Assembly: GCA_002412085.1 (NCBI GenBank)
Contig: GG745553.1
Span: 1-53,394 of the forward strand
Direction of reading: 5' to 3'
Source of the DNA: Candidatus Parvarchaeum acidophilus ARMAN-5
Lineage (GTDB): Archaea > Nanobdellota > Nanobdellia > Parvarchaeales > Parvarchaeaceae
DNA length: 53,394 bases
Shown here: positions 39,027 to 49,369 of the stretch, in pieces
How the letters are laid out: each line of letters opens with the position of its first letter
Position numbering within the stretch: the first letter of the stretch is position 1
Program-made: the position numbers and the translations under genes
Notes under the pieces: model-generated
Database searches by the model: none
Told to the model about the DNA's origin: nothing
Seen by the model: only the letters and a program-made list of their open reading frames with translations

Positions 39027-39383
39027 TCATTTGTTAAATTTCAGCGACTTACCTGCAAAACTAAGCGTTTTTATTCCCTTTATTTTTGCTCTTTCCAGCA
39101 AAGCCTTATCCTCTGTAAAAAGAAAACATTTTCTATCTAAACAAAAGTTAAGTATAGTATCATCTGTATTTTGATTATTGTTAAAATCTATAACATTGAT
39201 GTTATAATGCATAAAAAAATTATTTACATCTATTCTTTTTATGGATATCAACTCTTCCATACATTTCTTGAGGGTTATTACACGGAAACCAGACTGAAAT
39301 AAATCGTCTAATAAGTTCGTTAAATCCAATTTCCTATCAAAGCAATAAACCATTATGTTTGTGTCTATAAGAATTTCATTCAT
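39027..39383 (-). CDS. PIN-domain protein (Fcf1/Utp24-like)
   Basis: ILIDTN, TDD, TEDKAL; usual rps6e-aIF2g-PIN gene order; start reassigned to the ATG at 39383. Confidence 0.85.
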   Translation of the reverse strand: MNEILIDTNIMVYCFDRKLDLTNLLDDLFQSGFRVITLKKCMEELISIKRIDVNNFFMHYNINVIDFNNNQNTDDTILNFCLDRKCFLFTEDKALLERAKIKGIKTLSFAGKSLKFNK

Positions 39384-40554
39384 ATATCTTGCCTGCTCCG
39401 GCAAGCGTCCAAACGTTGTTTAATTTCCTTGAGATTATTGCCTGATCCTCTGGAAAATAAGGTAAAAACGTATCTCCAAGGTTTATGATTACTTTGTTTT
39501 GAATTTGAGATACTATAGTACCTAGTACTTTCGATGCTAACACATTAATTAGGACCACTTCGCCTTTTTGCAGTGGCTTATTAAACTTATCTGGTATTTG
39601 TGAGTAATCTATAGAAATTCTATTCTTTAATTGCGGCATGTTATCCTCTTTTACAACTAATGACCCGGCGAGGCTGTCTCTTCTGGATAAAGAGGGATCT
39701 AAATCGGTTTCTATACCAACCATTAAACCCCTATAAGCTTTTTTTTCTACGCCGAATTCACTGTGTATACTTTTCACTTTTGTCTTTAGAGGTTTCCAAA
39801 CGTTCTTAACAAGCACTCCTGGATAGACTAATATATCATCACCTATAGCTAACTCTCCTGATTTTAAGCCGCCGCCTATTACGCCTCCAGTTAAAGCCTT
39901 TATTTCTGTTCCCGGTTTATTTGTATCAAAACTGCGTACAACTACCATCTCTGTCTTTTCGTTTTTATCCGGGGTTATATCAAATTTACCTATCTCCTGT
40001 ATAAGTCTAGTTATATTTATGTTCTGAGATGCAAAAACCGGGATTATATTTGCATTTTCGTAACCATTTTTGGAGAGAAATTCTTTTATCTCGTTATAAC
40101 TTTCTTTGGCCCGTTCTTTCCCAACTACATCTATCTTTGTTTGAGCGACAACTATATTCTTTATGCCCATTATGCGTAGTGCTTCTACGTGCTCTTGTGT
40201 CTGCGCTTGCGGACATTTTTGATTGGCTGCTATAACCAATAAAGCACCATCAACAAGAACAGCCCCGCTTAGCATTATAGTCATAAGCGTTTTATGCCCT
40301 GGAGAATCGATTATAGAAACCCTCTAGTAAAGATCTCCCTTTGAACCACATAGTTCACATTTGTTATATCTACTGAAAGAACCACAGGAATTACATTTAT
40401 ACAAATTAAAATGGGCATAACCGAGTCTTATAGTTATACCACGTTTCTTTTCTTCACTGTGCCTAAGTGTAGATTCGCTTGTTATTGCTTTTACCAGCGT
40501 GGTCTTCCCATCGGCAAAGTTTCCGACTATGTCTATAATTATATCTTTAACCAT
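39376..40554 (-). CDS. eif2g: Translation initiation factor aIF2 gamma, interrupted by one in-frame TAG at codon 77 (40324-40326)
   Basis: Two same-frame ORFs join across the stop: RHSEEKKRGITIRLGYA, CxxC/CxxC, RVSIIDSPGH, MLSGA, QTQEH, RSFDTNKPG. Confidence 0.9.
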
Positions 40555-40921
40555 TAGAAGTTTTGGCTGTCTCCAAAGGTTTCTCGCCGTATTTTATTAT
40601 CTTTACGTTTATCTGCGAAGTGAATTGTCCTATTGTATTACCGGCAAGACTTTTTCTCAATCTTATATTTTTTTTGTTTCCTAAGCTTTTACCAATCAAT
40701 ACCTTCTTTAAACCCGAACCACCAAAGTCATTTGACATTGGCATTCCCGTCATATAACTGCCTCCTGTTATTACACCAGAGTATCCATCCATGCCAATAA
40801 AAGATAAATCTATTTCTTCTCCGAGCTTCTTCCCAAAAACAGTATCGGCTTTATCGCTCTCTAATACTTTGTTGACGGATTTACCGTTCTTTGGATCATT
40901 TATTACAAATTTTATTTCCAT
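40547..40921 (-). CDS. rps6e: Ribosomal protein S6e
   Basis: FVINDPKNGKS, ITGGS, GMPM, RKSLAGN and QINVK motifs. Confidence 0.93.
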   Translation of the reverse strand: MEIKFVINDPKNGKSVNKVLESDKADTVFGKKLGEEIDLSFIGMDGYSGVITGGSYMTGMPMSNDFGGSGLKKVLIGKSLGNKKNIRLRKSLAGNTIGQFTSQINVKIIKYGEKPLETAKTSNG

Positions 40922-40987
40922 AACAGTATTAAATACTAGTATTACGTATAAATAACTTACCTTATATTAAATAATTAAGTTTTTACT

Positions 40988-41680
40988 ATGGAAATAATAT
41001 TCGCTGAATCTAGGTTTAAGGGAAAACTTAGTGAGACCTTTGTAAAGAGAATATACGAAGAAATAAAACCTTACAAAAGAATAAACCTCGTTGCTGCTAT
41101 TCAGTTTATAGACCAAATGAATGAATTCAAAGAGATAATAAAAGATAAGGAATTCGTGGTTAAGCAGTCGCTTTACAGAGCAATGTACCCAGGTCAGATA
41201 CTTGGATGTGATGTTTATGCCGCAGACTGTAAAGACTGTGATGCTACATTGGCATTTGAACAAGGTATGTTTCATGTATTGGGAATACCTTTAAAATATG
41301 GAAAAGCGGTTATAACTGCAGATCCAGAGACAGAAAATATAGAGATAATAACGCCGGATGTCGCGAATAAATACAGAAAAAGGATATTGCAAGGGATAGG
41401 TGCGGTGTTAACCGGGAAAAAAATTATGTTTGTAGAATCAACTAAATCTGGACAAACATATGCCTCTAAAATACTTAAAGAAAACCTAAGAAAAGAAGGC
41501 AAAAAAGTATATACCGTAGTTGCGGATGAAGTAAATTTTGACAGACTAAACGAATTCAGAGATATAGACGCTTTTATCAGTACGGCATGCCAGAGAATAG
41601 CTATAGACGACATGGACAGAGTTAAAAAACCAATGATAAACGTAGAAGACTTTGAAAGTTACATACTTGAGAAAAATTGA
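40988..41680 (+). CDS. dph2: Diphthamide synthesis protein Dph2 (short form)
   Basis: AIQF, GQILGC, FH, STKSGQ and TACQRIAIDD motifs. Confidence 0.85.
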   Translation: MEIIFAESRFKGKLSETFVKRIYEEIKPYKRINLVAAIQFIDQMNEFKEIIKDKEFVVKQSLYRAMYPGQILGCDVYAADCKDCDATLAFEQGMFHVLGIPLKYGKAVITADPETENIEIITPDVANKYRKRILQGIGAVLTGKKIMFVESTKSGQTYASKILKENLRKEGKKVYTVVADEVNFDRLNEFRDIDAFISTACQRIAIDDMDRVKKPMINVEDFESYILEKN

Positions 41681-41811
41681 TAGATGATTAATATTTTTGT
41701 GTTAGATTGTACAATTATTAAAACTTATAGATAAAATAACCTATAATAGCAATTAATATTTCTTTAATAAGAAATATAAAAGAATTTAAGCCCGCGTTTA
41801 TTTAAAATCAT

Positions 41812-42738
41812 ATGAAAGCCATAGTAACTGGTGGCGCTGGTTTTATAGGTTCTCATATAGCCGAGAGACTTGTAAATGAAGGCTATGAAGTTTCTATTTT
41901 AGATATACTTAATACTGGTGACAAGAACAATTTTAGAAGTATATCCGATAAAATAAAATTCTTGAACGTTAATTCTTCATACATAAGCGAAATGGAAAAA
42001 GTTGACGTGGTATTCCATGAAGGGATATATTCATCTACACCAATGTACAGGAAGGACAATTCCCTTGTATGGAAAGCCATACAGGAATTTATGGCTGTTA
42101 TGGGATACTGCGTTAAAAATGACTGTAAACTTGTATTTGCTTCCAGCTCTTCTATATACAACGGCTATCCTCCGCCACACACTGAGAGTATGCAACCCAA
42201 GGTAAAAGATTTTTACACTGAAGCAAGATATTCTATGGAAAGACTTGCGGAGCTTTTCAATCAAATGTATGGCCTCAGATATTGCGCACTTAGATACTTT
42301 AGTGTATATGGTGACAGAGAAGAAAGTAAAAAAGAATTTGCAAATATGGTCTCACAGATAATCTGGAAAGGTCTTTTAGACAAAGAAGTTGTAATATACG
42401 GTGATGGCTCACAGAAAAGAGATCTTACAAATATTAACGATGTGGTAGATGCTAATCTTATAGCAGCGAAAAGCAATATTACTGGAGTATTTAATGTAGG
42501 CACTGGAAAATCGTACTCTTTTAATGAAATAATGGATAAAATAGAAACTGTAATAGGTAAAAAAATAAAAAGGAAGAACATTGATAATCCTCTTAAGAAT
42601 TACGTGGATATTGTACATGCAGATACAACTAAAAGTAAGGAACAGCTTGGCTTCTCAGCAAAGATAAAAGCAGAAGATGGCATAAAAAATGCATTTGATT
42701 ATTATAAGAAACTTGACACAATACCGGATATATTTTAG
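41812..42738 (+). CDS. NAD-dependent epimerase/dehydratase (extended SDR)
   Basis: TGGAGFIGS, FASSSSIY, LRYFSVYG, GDGSQKRD; the catalytic YxxxK appears as YTEAR. Confidence 0.93.
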   Translation: MKAIVTGGAGFIGSHIAERLVNEGYEVSILDILNTGDKNNFRSISDKIKFLNVNSSYISEMEKVDVVFHEGIYSSTPMYRKDNSLVWKAIQEFMAVMGYCVKNDCKLVFASSSSIYNGYPPPHTESMQPKVKDFYTEARYSMERLAELFNQMYGLRYCALRYFSVYGDREESKKEFANMVSQIIWKGLLDKEVVIYGDGSQKRDLTNINDVVDANLIAAKSNITGVFNVGTGKSYSFNEIMDKIETVIGKKIKRKNIDNPLKNYVDIVHADTTKSKEQLGFSAKIKAEDGIKNAFDYYKKLDTIPDIF

Positions 42739-43643
42739 GCTATCTCGAAACTTCCCACGACTCTGTTCCGTCCTATAGATAAACTAGGATCTAAAAGTAA
42801 ATACCTTCCACTTAATTTTGGCACTGGTCTATTGAACTTTATTTTTACTTTATCATCGTCTTTTACAAGATTTACGCTGAAAGTCTCCCCAAATACAGCA
42901 CAAGACAACTGTTTTGCAAACATGTCTTCTTTATAGAAATCTGATACCTTTAATGCAACTGTAAATTCACTATAAACCGAATTTGAGGATGAAACTGCAT
43001 AATTTGAGGAAAGATCCGATTCGGATATATTATTTAGTGATAAACCTACGTGAGATCCTTTTTCTGCGGATGTACTATCCACATCCATTATCTGTATACT
43101 TTTTACGCTGCATTGCTTTAAAGATGGGAGCAAAAATAGCCTATCGCCTTTAGACACCGTATCTCCAATAACAAAGCCTATTATAACGGAACCTATACCT
43201 TTAACTATAAAATGCTTATCTATTGATACATATTTTAAGCCGGATTTTTCCACTTCTTTTTTGTAGTTTATTTCCTGCGAGGTTTTTACCTTTTTGAACC
43301 TTCCAATCCTGTAATTTAAGAAGAACTTATCAAATGAATTTATATCTGAATAATCATTTATTACACAGTAACCTTCGTTTATATTCGAATTCTCTACACA
43401 AAGTGCAAGTTCTGCAGATAAAGAGTTTATCTCGCTACCTACATAAAATAACACATAATCTGCAACCGAAAAAGCGTACAAAACAGATAATATAGATCTT
43501 GGAAAATCGGTAGGTATCAGTATTATGTCTCCATTCCTACCTAAACATACTTGTACGTTATTTATGAGGTCTAATTTCTTTGAAATGAATTCTTTAAGCT
43601 GATCATCTGATAACACTGAGGCAGATAAAAAAACCGATATCAT
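42735..43643 (-). CDS. SelB-like/EF-Tu domain-II protein (aSelBL type) with a degenerate G domain
   Basis: IDKHFIVKGIGSVIIG, VKSIQIMD and GSHVGLSL motifs; no P-loop. Confidence 0.8.
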   Translation of the reverse strand: MISVFLSASVLSDDQLKEFISKKLDLINNVQVCLGRNGDIILIPTDFPRSILSVLYAFSVADYVLFYVGSEINSLSAELALCVENSNINEGYCVINDYSDINSFDKFFLNYRIGRFKKVKTSQEINYKKEVEKSGLKYVSIDKHFIVKGIGSVIIGFVIGDTVSKGDRLFLLPSLKQCSVKSIQIMDVDSTSAEKGSHVGLSLNNISESDLSSNYAVSSSNSVYSEFTVALKVSDFYKEDMFAKQLSCAVFGETFSVNLVKDDDKVKIKFNRPVPKLSGRYLLLDPSLSIGRNRVVGSFEIA

Positions 43644-43687
43644 AATTTATTTTGTAAATATTACAAGTATATAACCATTAATATTTT

Positions 43688-44428
43688 TCATTTGCGAGCT
43701 ACTATAATGAATCTAGTTTTATTAAAAGAATCCATATCTTTTTTATATCCGAATATTTCTTTGAAGTAATTTAGATTATTATTTAGTATTACTCTGGCCT
43801 TTTTTCCTCCTGGGCTGTTCTTACTTACGGGAGACAACCACGAATCAAAGGTTTCTCTTATATCGAATGTAGTAAAGTCATCTACCCTGAAGGCATTTTC
43901 CTTGAATAATTTAAACCACTGATTAAGAGATATAGCCCCCATGTAAGTAGAATCTCTTGCTATTTCCATTTTATTCATTATACCAAGTTTATCGCCTATT
44001 GGTTTTAAATTGTCTGTCAAACCAAATTTACCATCTTTTTTCAAGACCCGTCTTACCTCTTTTATCAATTTTTCTTTGTTTTTTATATGGTGTGCAGCAC
44101 GTCTACATGTAACTATATCAAATGTTTCATCGGGAAATGGAATGGAGGTTGCGTCTCCTTTCACAAACACTGTATTGCTTACGGACAATGCTTTTCTGGC
44201 GGCTATATCCAACATATTTTCTGTAAAATCAAGACCTACAGAAATTGAAACTTTTTCAGCCATCCTAAAAGCGACAAAACCAGGGCCAGTGCCTAAATCA
44301 AGAGCTTTTTCTGTATTTTTTGGATTTAACATAGCTACCAACAAATCTAAGTCTTTAGCTTTTATACGATTCTCGCTGCTTGCATATTCTTTTGCATGCC
44401 TACTAAAAAAATTTTGAAATGACTGCAT
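43688..44428 (-). CDS. Class I SAM-dependent methyltransferase (type 11)
   Basis: LDLGTGPG, GDATSIPFPDETFD and RRAAHH motifs. Confidence 0.92.
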   Translation of the reverse strand: MQSFQNFFSRHAKEYASSENRIKAKDLDLLVAMLNPKNTEKALDLGTGPGFVAFRMAEKVSISVGLDFTENMLDIAARKALSVSNTVFVKGDATSIPFPDETFDIVTCRRAAHHIKNKEKLIKEVRRVLKKDGKFGLTDNLKPIGDKLGIMNKMEIARDSTYMGAISLNQWFKLFKENAFRVDDFTTFDIRETFDSWLSPVSKNSPGGKKARVILNNNLNYFKEIFGYKKDMDSFNKTRFIIVARK

Positions 44429-44500
44429 ATTAAGACATATGTTAATTGAGATTAATATGCTTTTAGTCTTTTACAAGTATATACTTAAAACTAGAAACTT

Positions 44501-44574
44501 TGGGCTCGACGGGATTTGAACCCGCAACAATCCGGTTAAGAGCCGGATGCTCTACCGAGTTAAGCTACGAGCCC
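44501..44574 (-). tRNA. tRNA-Lys (anticodon CUU), no intron, CCA not encoded
   Basis: GGGCTCG/CGAGCCC acceptor stem, TCCGG-CT-CTT-AA-CCGGA anticodon arm, GGTTCAAATCC T-arm. Confidence 0.95.
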
Positions 44575-44624
44575 ATATAACAAATCATTAATTGTACCTA
44601 TAATAAAAAGGTTTGGATTCTTTT

Positions 44625-45224
44625 TTATTGCATACGCTTAAGTGTATTTCCTTCTACTAGATAAAACTCGATTATTTCATTACCGAGTCTGCTTGAGATA
44701 TACTTTATATTCTCTTCTTTGTCTTCAAACAAGATTATGTGACTATAATCTTTTACTAATTCCTTTAGTTTCAGATATTTCCAATGTTCATCACTTAGAT
44801 CATGATTATTTGGAAGTATTACCTTTTCCGCTTTTAATCCATTTGAAATGAGAGCCTCCTCGGTTTTATCTCTAAATTCTTCGCCTCTAGCACTAAGTAT
44901 AATTAAATCTAGATCTTTATTAGAAACCTCTTTTATATATTTTATAATTGAAGTATTGGGAATAAGCATGTTGGAATATTTAGTATACGCCAGAGTATAT
45001 AGCTCATTTTTAAATGATTTATCGAAACCATGTGGTACCTTACCTTCTGCCATGATTAATTCAAGCTTTTTTATATCAAAATTATTAATACTTGTGTTTT
45101 TATTTTCTTTTGTAATTTTATATAATTCGTTTGCTGCATAAGAAATAGCCTTTTTACTGAAAAAAAGTGTATCATCAAAATCAGATACTATAGCTGCTAA
45201 TTTTACCATATAATCACAAACCAA
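44625..45224 (-). CDS. HAD-superfamily hydrolase (start probably 45209)
   Basis: SDFDDTL motif I, LSAR motif II, FED motif IV. Confidence 0.8.
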   Translation of the reverse strand: MVCDYMVKLAAIVSDFDDTLFFSKKAISYAANELYKITKENKNTSINNFDIKKLELIMAEGKVPHGFDKSFKNELYTLAYTKYSNMLIPNTSIIKYIKEVSNKDLDLIILSARGEEFRDKTEEALISNGLKAEKVILPNNHDLSDEHWKYLKLKELVKDYSHIILFEDKEENIKYISSRLGNEIIEFYLVEGNTLKRMQ

Positions 45225-45319
45225 TTATGCAAATTTGCATTGTATACTATTCTATCACAAATTTCAGTTAAATACTTATAAATTAAGATAATTTTATTAT
45301 TATCTGTAATAAGAGTAAT

Positions 45320-45392
45320 GGGCCTATGGTCTAGTGGTTATGACGTCTGCCTTACACGCAGAAGGCCGGGAGTTCGAACCTCCCTGGGCCCA
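45320..45392 (+). tRNA. tRNA-Val (anticodon UAC), no intron, followed by a T-run
   Basis: GGGCCTA/TGGGCCC acceptor stem, TCTGC-CT-TAC-AC-GCAGA anticodon arm, GTTCGAAC T-loop. Confidence 0.95.
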
Positions 45393-45479
45393 TTTTTAAT
45401 TTATATCCGATTGGATTATATTAGCATTGCATTTTTGGCAGGATTTATATTATGCAAAGCTTATATTTTCCAGTTTAGG

Positions 45480-45950
45480 CTATTTACTATTGACTATTAC
45501 TAACTTATCCTTAAAGATAGTTGTAAGCATCTCTTTATATTCACTAAAAAGGGAGGAGTCTATATAATCGGTTGTAAATTCTGTAATTTTCTGATTGGAT
45601 TTAAACACTAAGGACATCGTCTCACTGTCGAATTTTTTAAACACCACCGAACTTAAATCAGAATAGAGTATATTTACGTAAGAAAGACTAAATAAGATAC
45701 TTTCATTTATAAGTGAGAATTTTTGATTTTTATGTTTATCTTTAAAGTTTCTCAAAGACACTGAAGGTTGTATTGAATCTATAACTGCACCACTTGCTGG
45801 CCACATACCTACGGAAGATTCCGACATTATGGCATCAACGTTTCTGTCTTCTACAACAAATATTGCAGAATGTGAAAAAAATAAATAAAAATTTCCTCTA
45901 GTATTTCCCATTGTAACATTTGGTATTAACCCATAGATTATATCGTCCAT
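45480..45950 (-). CDS. Hypothetical protein, possibly PH-like fold
   Basis: 156-aa ORF; YLFFSHSAIFVV...ILYSDLSSVVFK pattern. Confidence 0.65.
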   Translation of the reverse strand: MDDIIYGLIPNVTMGNTRGNFYLFFSHSAIFVVEDRNVDAIMSESSVGMWPASGAVIDSIQPSVSLRNFKDKHKNQKFSLINESILFSLSYVNILYSDLSSVVFKKFDSETMSLVFKSNQKITEFTTDYIDSSLFSEYKEMLTTIFKDKLVIVNSK

Positions 45951-46211
45951 ATATTATACTTTCACATTATTTTTTTGCAAATCTTATAAGTCTCTTATCT
46001 TTTTTATGACTATAAGGAGTTCTAGAACCATACTTGTTAGTATTGCCCAGTCTTTTTTAATTGGCCTAATAATATATCTAATGTTCTTATTATAAATAAA
46101 TTAATTATATTAACATTCCATTTCAAGATTGCATAGATTATATCGAACCTTTTCAAAAAAAGTATTTATACTACTATATAATATAGGTACTAGTCATGGA
46201 GTTATTTATTT

Positions 46212-47441
46212 ATGTTGGATGACCTGCTTTTGGGAGGATTCACCCTTCTTAATTCTGCTTGGCTTGCGTTAAATGGTTATAATATTTTACCTATTCTGTC
46301 ATGGAAACGCGATAAAACAGAAACGGACCCAGAAGAAAAAACAAAAAATAAGATGAGTATCTCCATCCTGCTTCCTGCTTACAAGGAAAGCGAAGTATTA
46401 GAAGATACAGTTTCAAAAATAGAAGAATCGAATTACCCAAAAAGCAAATTAGAATTGCTACTATTAACGGAAAAGGATGATAAAGATACTTCTATAATTG
46501 CAAGTAAATTATCCAAAAAATATAAAAATGTCCACGTATTTAGAGTGAAAAACGATGACGTTCCAAAGGGAAAACCAAGAGCACTTACGCAGGCACTTTC
46601 TCGTGCGAAAGGTGATATAATAGGGGTGTTAGACGCTGAGGACATAATAAACAAAAACCTTTTCACTTATGTAAACAACGAGATCAAAAACAATAATTAC
46701 GATGCCGTCCAAGGTAAACTCAGACTTAACTATAATAAAAGCAGCTGGATGAACATGCAATCAAGAGCGGAATATGAGACCTGGTATCAGATAACGCTCC
46801 CAGCGTTTGCAAATAATGGATATCCTGTGCCACTCGGCGGCACTACTAACTTTTTCAAAAAAGCCATTATAAAAGATATGGGATGGAATGCTTACAGCCT
46901 TGCAGAAGATTTCGAATTAGGACTCAGATTATACAATAGTAAACATAAAATAAAATTAATGGATGTAGTTACGGATGAGCAAACCACCCCAAATTTAAAG
47001 AGTTGGATAAGACAAAGAACTAGATGGGATAGAGGCAAATTGGAAGCTAGTGAAAATTTACATAAATATGACATGAATTTTAAGCATAAATTTATGAATT
47101 ATATGATGTGCGCCAGCCCGTATATCGGAGTGGTAAATGTTTTTGGCGCAGCAACGAGTCTGGCTATCTATGGTCTTCATATCTCAATGCCTTTTTATGA
47201 ATTAGTTACAACATATGTAAACAGTGCTTTCATAGGTGCTTACGCATATTTACATGGTAGGGGTTATTTTAGAGCATCGGATAAAACCCTTAGAAGCGTT
47301 TTAAGTTCCATAATGGTAGGCGCAACTCTGCCTGCTTATTGGGTGCTGCAATGGGGCGCAGCCATTAGAGCTGTAAAACGAGAGCTGTTTGAAAAAGACC
47401 AGATTTGGGAGAAGACTCCACATTATAAACTTAAAAAATAA
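46212..47441 (+). CDS. Glycosyltransferase family 2 (processive, membrane-bound)
   Basis: LPAYKE, KPRAL, DAED, AED and RQRTRW (QxxRW) motifs plus C-terminal TMs. Confidence 0.93.
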   Translation: MLDDLLLGGFTLLNSAWLALNGYNILPILSWKRDKTETDPEEKTKNKMSISILLPAYKESEVLEDTVSKIEESNYPKSKLELLLLTEKDDKDTSIIASKLSKKYKNVHVFRVKNDDVPKGKPRALTQALSRAKGDIIGVLDAEDIINKNLFTYVNNEIKNNNYDAVQGKLRLNYNKSSWMNMQSRAEYETWYQITLPAFANNGYPVPLGGTTNFFKKAIIKDMGWNAYSLAEDFELGLRLYNSKHKIKLMDVVTDEQTTPNLKSWIRQRTRWDRGKLEASENLHKYDMNFKHKFMNYMMCASPYIGVVNVFGAATSLAIYGLHISMPFYELVTTYVNSAFIGAYAYLHGRGYFRASDKTLRSVLSSIMVGATLPAYWVLQWGAAIRAVKRELFEKDQIWEKTPHYKLKK

Positions 47442-47622
47442 GTTTATACTAAATTTAACGCTTTCTGTCAGTAATTTCAGCAGAAAACTTCATATATTTA
47501 TCACAGCTGAAATCGTTAAATAACTTTTAGTATTGGTTTCCATTGCAGAATAAACACATATTCAGCGAATTTAGAAGATTAGGCTATAAAGACAGTTTAA
47601 ACCATCAAAGTATGTTATACAT

Positions 47623-48543
47623 TTAATCAACATCCTCGAAGATTGGTTTTTTGTTCTTTATGAAATTTCCTTTATCCAACTCGGAGAACGCCACCTGCAG
47701 CTCCTCATTTGTATTCATCACTATTGGCCCATACCATGCGATACTTTCCCTCAATGGCTTGCCCGATACGAGTATGAAACGTATAGTACTATCAGATGTT
47801 TTTACGTGCACAGAAGAGCCGGAGTGAGAAAATAGGTAAGCTGTCCCTCTAACAATCTTCTTTGAACCACTGGTTTCTCCGCTTCCTGAAATTACATACA
47901 AAAAGGAGGTATTTCCTTCGGTTATGTCAACTGAAAAATCTGATTCCTCCTTCATCCTTATATCCAAATATGTTACATCTGTTTCTCCCGTTGATTTAAT
48001 GGCGCCGGAATCAGCTAAAAAACGACCGGATATGATCTTAATATACGCCCCTTTACCATTCTCTACTGCCGGTATACGTTTGGATAGTATGTATCTGTAA
48101 ACCGGGTTAGACATCTTTATTTTTCTTGGTATATTAACCCATAACTGAATACCCACTGCCGAATTAGGCATTCCAGTATTTAAAAGCATTTCATTCGGAT
48201 TTTTTAAATTGATTGGTTTAGGCATCTCTTGATGAAATATACCACTGCCGGCTGTCATCCACTGCACGTCTCCGGGAAATATAACTCCTTTATTACCTTC
48301 ACTATCTTCATGTTCTGTTTTACCTTCAAGCTGATACGTAACCGTTTCTATTCCCCTATGGGGGTGCCATGGAAAACCAGATAGATACTCTTCTGGTTTA
48401 TCTGAGCCAAAATGATCTAATAAAAGAAAAGGATCCGTTAACAAGTAAGTTTGTGGTCCTCCGAAAATTCTTCTGAGCCGTACCCCTGCTCCGTCAATGG
48501 TATAATCTCCTTTGAACTCCGTTTCCACCCATTTTTCCGACAT
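47623..48543 (-). CDS. Pirin-family protein
   Basis: DPFLLLD, HPHRGIETVT, WMTAGSGIFHQE and GPIVMNT motifs. Confidence 0.95.
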   Translation of the reverse strand: MSEKWVETEFKGDYTIDGAGVRLRRIFGGPQTYLLTDPFLLLDHFGSDKPEEYLSGFPWHPHRGIETVTYQLEGKTEHEDSEGNKGVIFPGDVQWMTAGSGIFHQEMPKPINLKNPNEMLLNTGMPNSAVGIQLWVNIPRKIKMSNPVYRYILSKRIPAVENGKGAYIKIISGRFLADSGAIKSTGETDVTYLDIRMKEESDFSVDITEGNTSFLYVISGSGETSGSKKIVRGTAYLFSHSGSSVHVKTSDSTIRFILVSGKPLRESIAWYGPIVMNTNEELQVAFSELDKGNFIKNKKPIFEDVD

Positions 48544-48858
48544 TAAAATATATATCTCTGCAATATATTTATAAATATCGTTTATACGATATCTAATTTA
48601 AATGAATAATTAGTTTAAATATCTCTTCGCAATTATCCCTTAAAAACTGCATGAAGTGTTCATTATATTCAGTTTATAATAAGCTATACTATTTGCTTAT
48701 AGACGACGCTATAGAGAGCTATATTAAAGATATAAAGCAATAGACTGTAATAGTCCTTGTTTAATCTCGAAGACTCTGTATTATAAATTTAAAAAATAAC
48801 ATTACACTTGATTCAAAACTTTTTATAAGTATACATACAAACTTCGTATCAGATTATA

Positions 48859-49320
48859 TTAGAATGTTAATGTAGGAATGTACTTTTTATCACGGATTTC
48901 TGTGTAATTTGACATAAAAACAGACAGCATGGAATTCAATTCACATTCTGCGTCGTAGATATCATTATAAGAACTGGATAAATTCATGTTTTTTATAAAA
49001 TCTTCGCCTAAGCCGTAATATAATCTCTCCGCATAAGATATTGCTTTTTTGAATGCGGAATCTATCATATCTTGATTGTGGTATTTGTACTCGATCTTTA
49101 AATTTTTTATAAGTTCCGAGTTATCTCTCATACTCACAATTTTATTTGCCACATCTCTGACAATCTTATAGTTTTTTATGCAAATTTCCAAATTTTTTCT
49201 AAGAAATTTTACGTAATCGTCGTCAGATCCTTTTAAGATCGTTTCAAGTGTTGTCCTAGATTTATTGACGAAGTCTCTATAGAATGTATATATATCTTGA
49301 TAATTACCTGTATTATACAT
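48859..49320 (-). CDS. Hypothetical protein
   Basis: 153-aa ORF of helical composition, divergent from the PadR gene. Confidence 0.6.
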   Translation of the reverse strand: MYNTGNYQDIYTFYRDFVNKSRTTLETILKGSDDDYVKFLRKNLEICIKNYKIVRDVANKIVSMRDNSELIKNLKIEYKYHNQDMIDSAFKKAISYAERLYYGLGEDFIKNMNLSSSYNDIYDAECELNSMLSVFMSNYTEIRDKKYIPTLTF

Positions 49321-49369
49321 AATAATTAAAAGAGTTAATTATATAAAAATGATAATTTCATAAGAAAAT

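Noticed and set aside
39376-40554. Genome-wide TAG reassignment (pyrrolysine or alternative code)
   Set aside because: TAG ends pyrG, mscS, the MBL hydrolase and DUF1059 at their expected C-termini; only one internal TAG was seen
45318-45503. 61-aa ORF in the track
   Set aside because: Overlaps tRNA-Val; spurious translation
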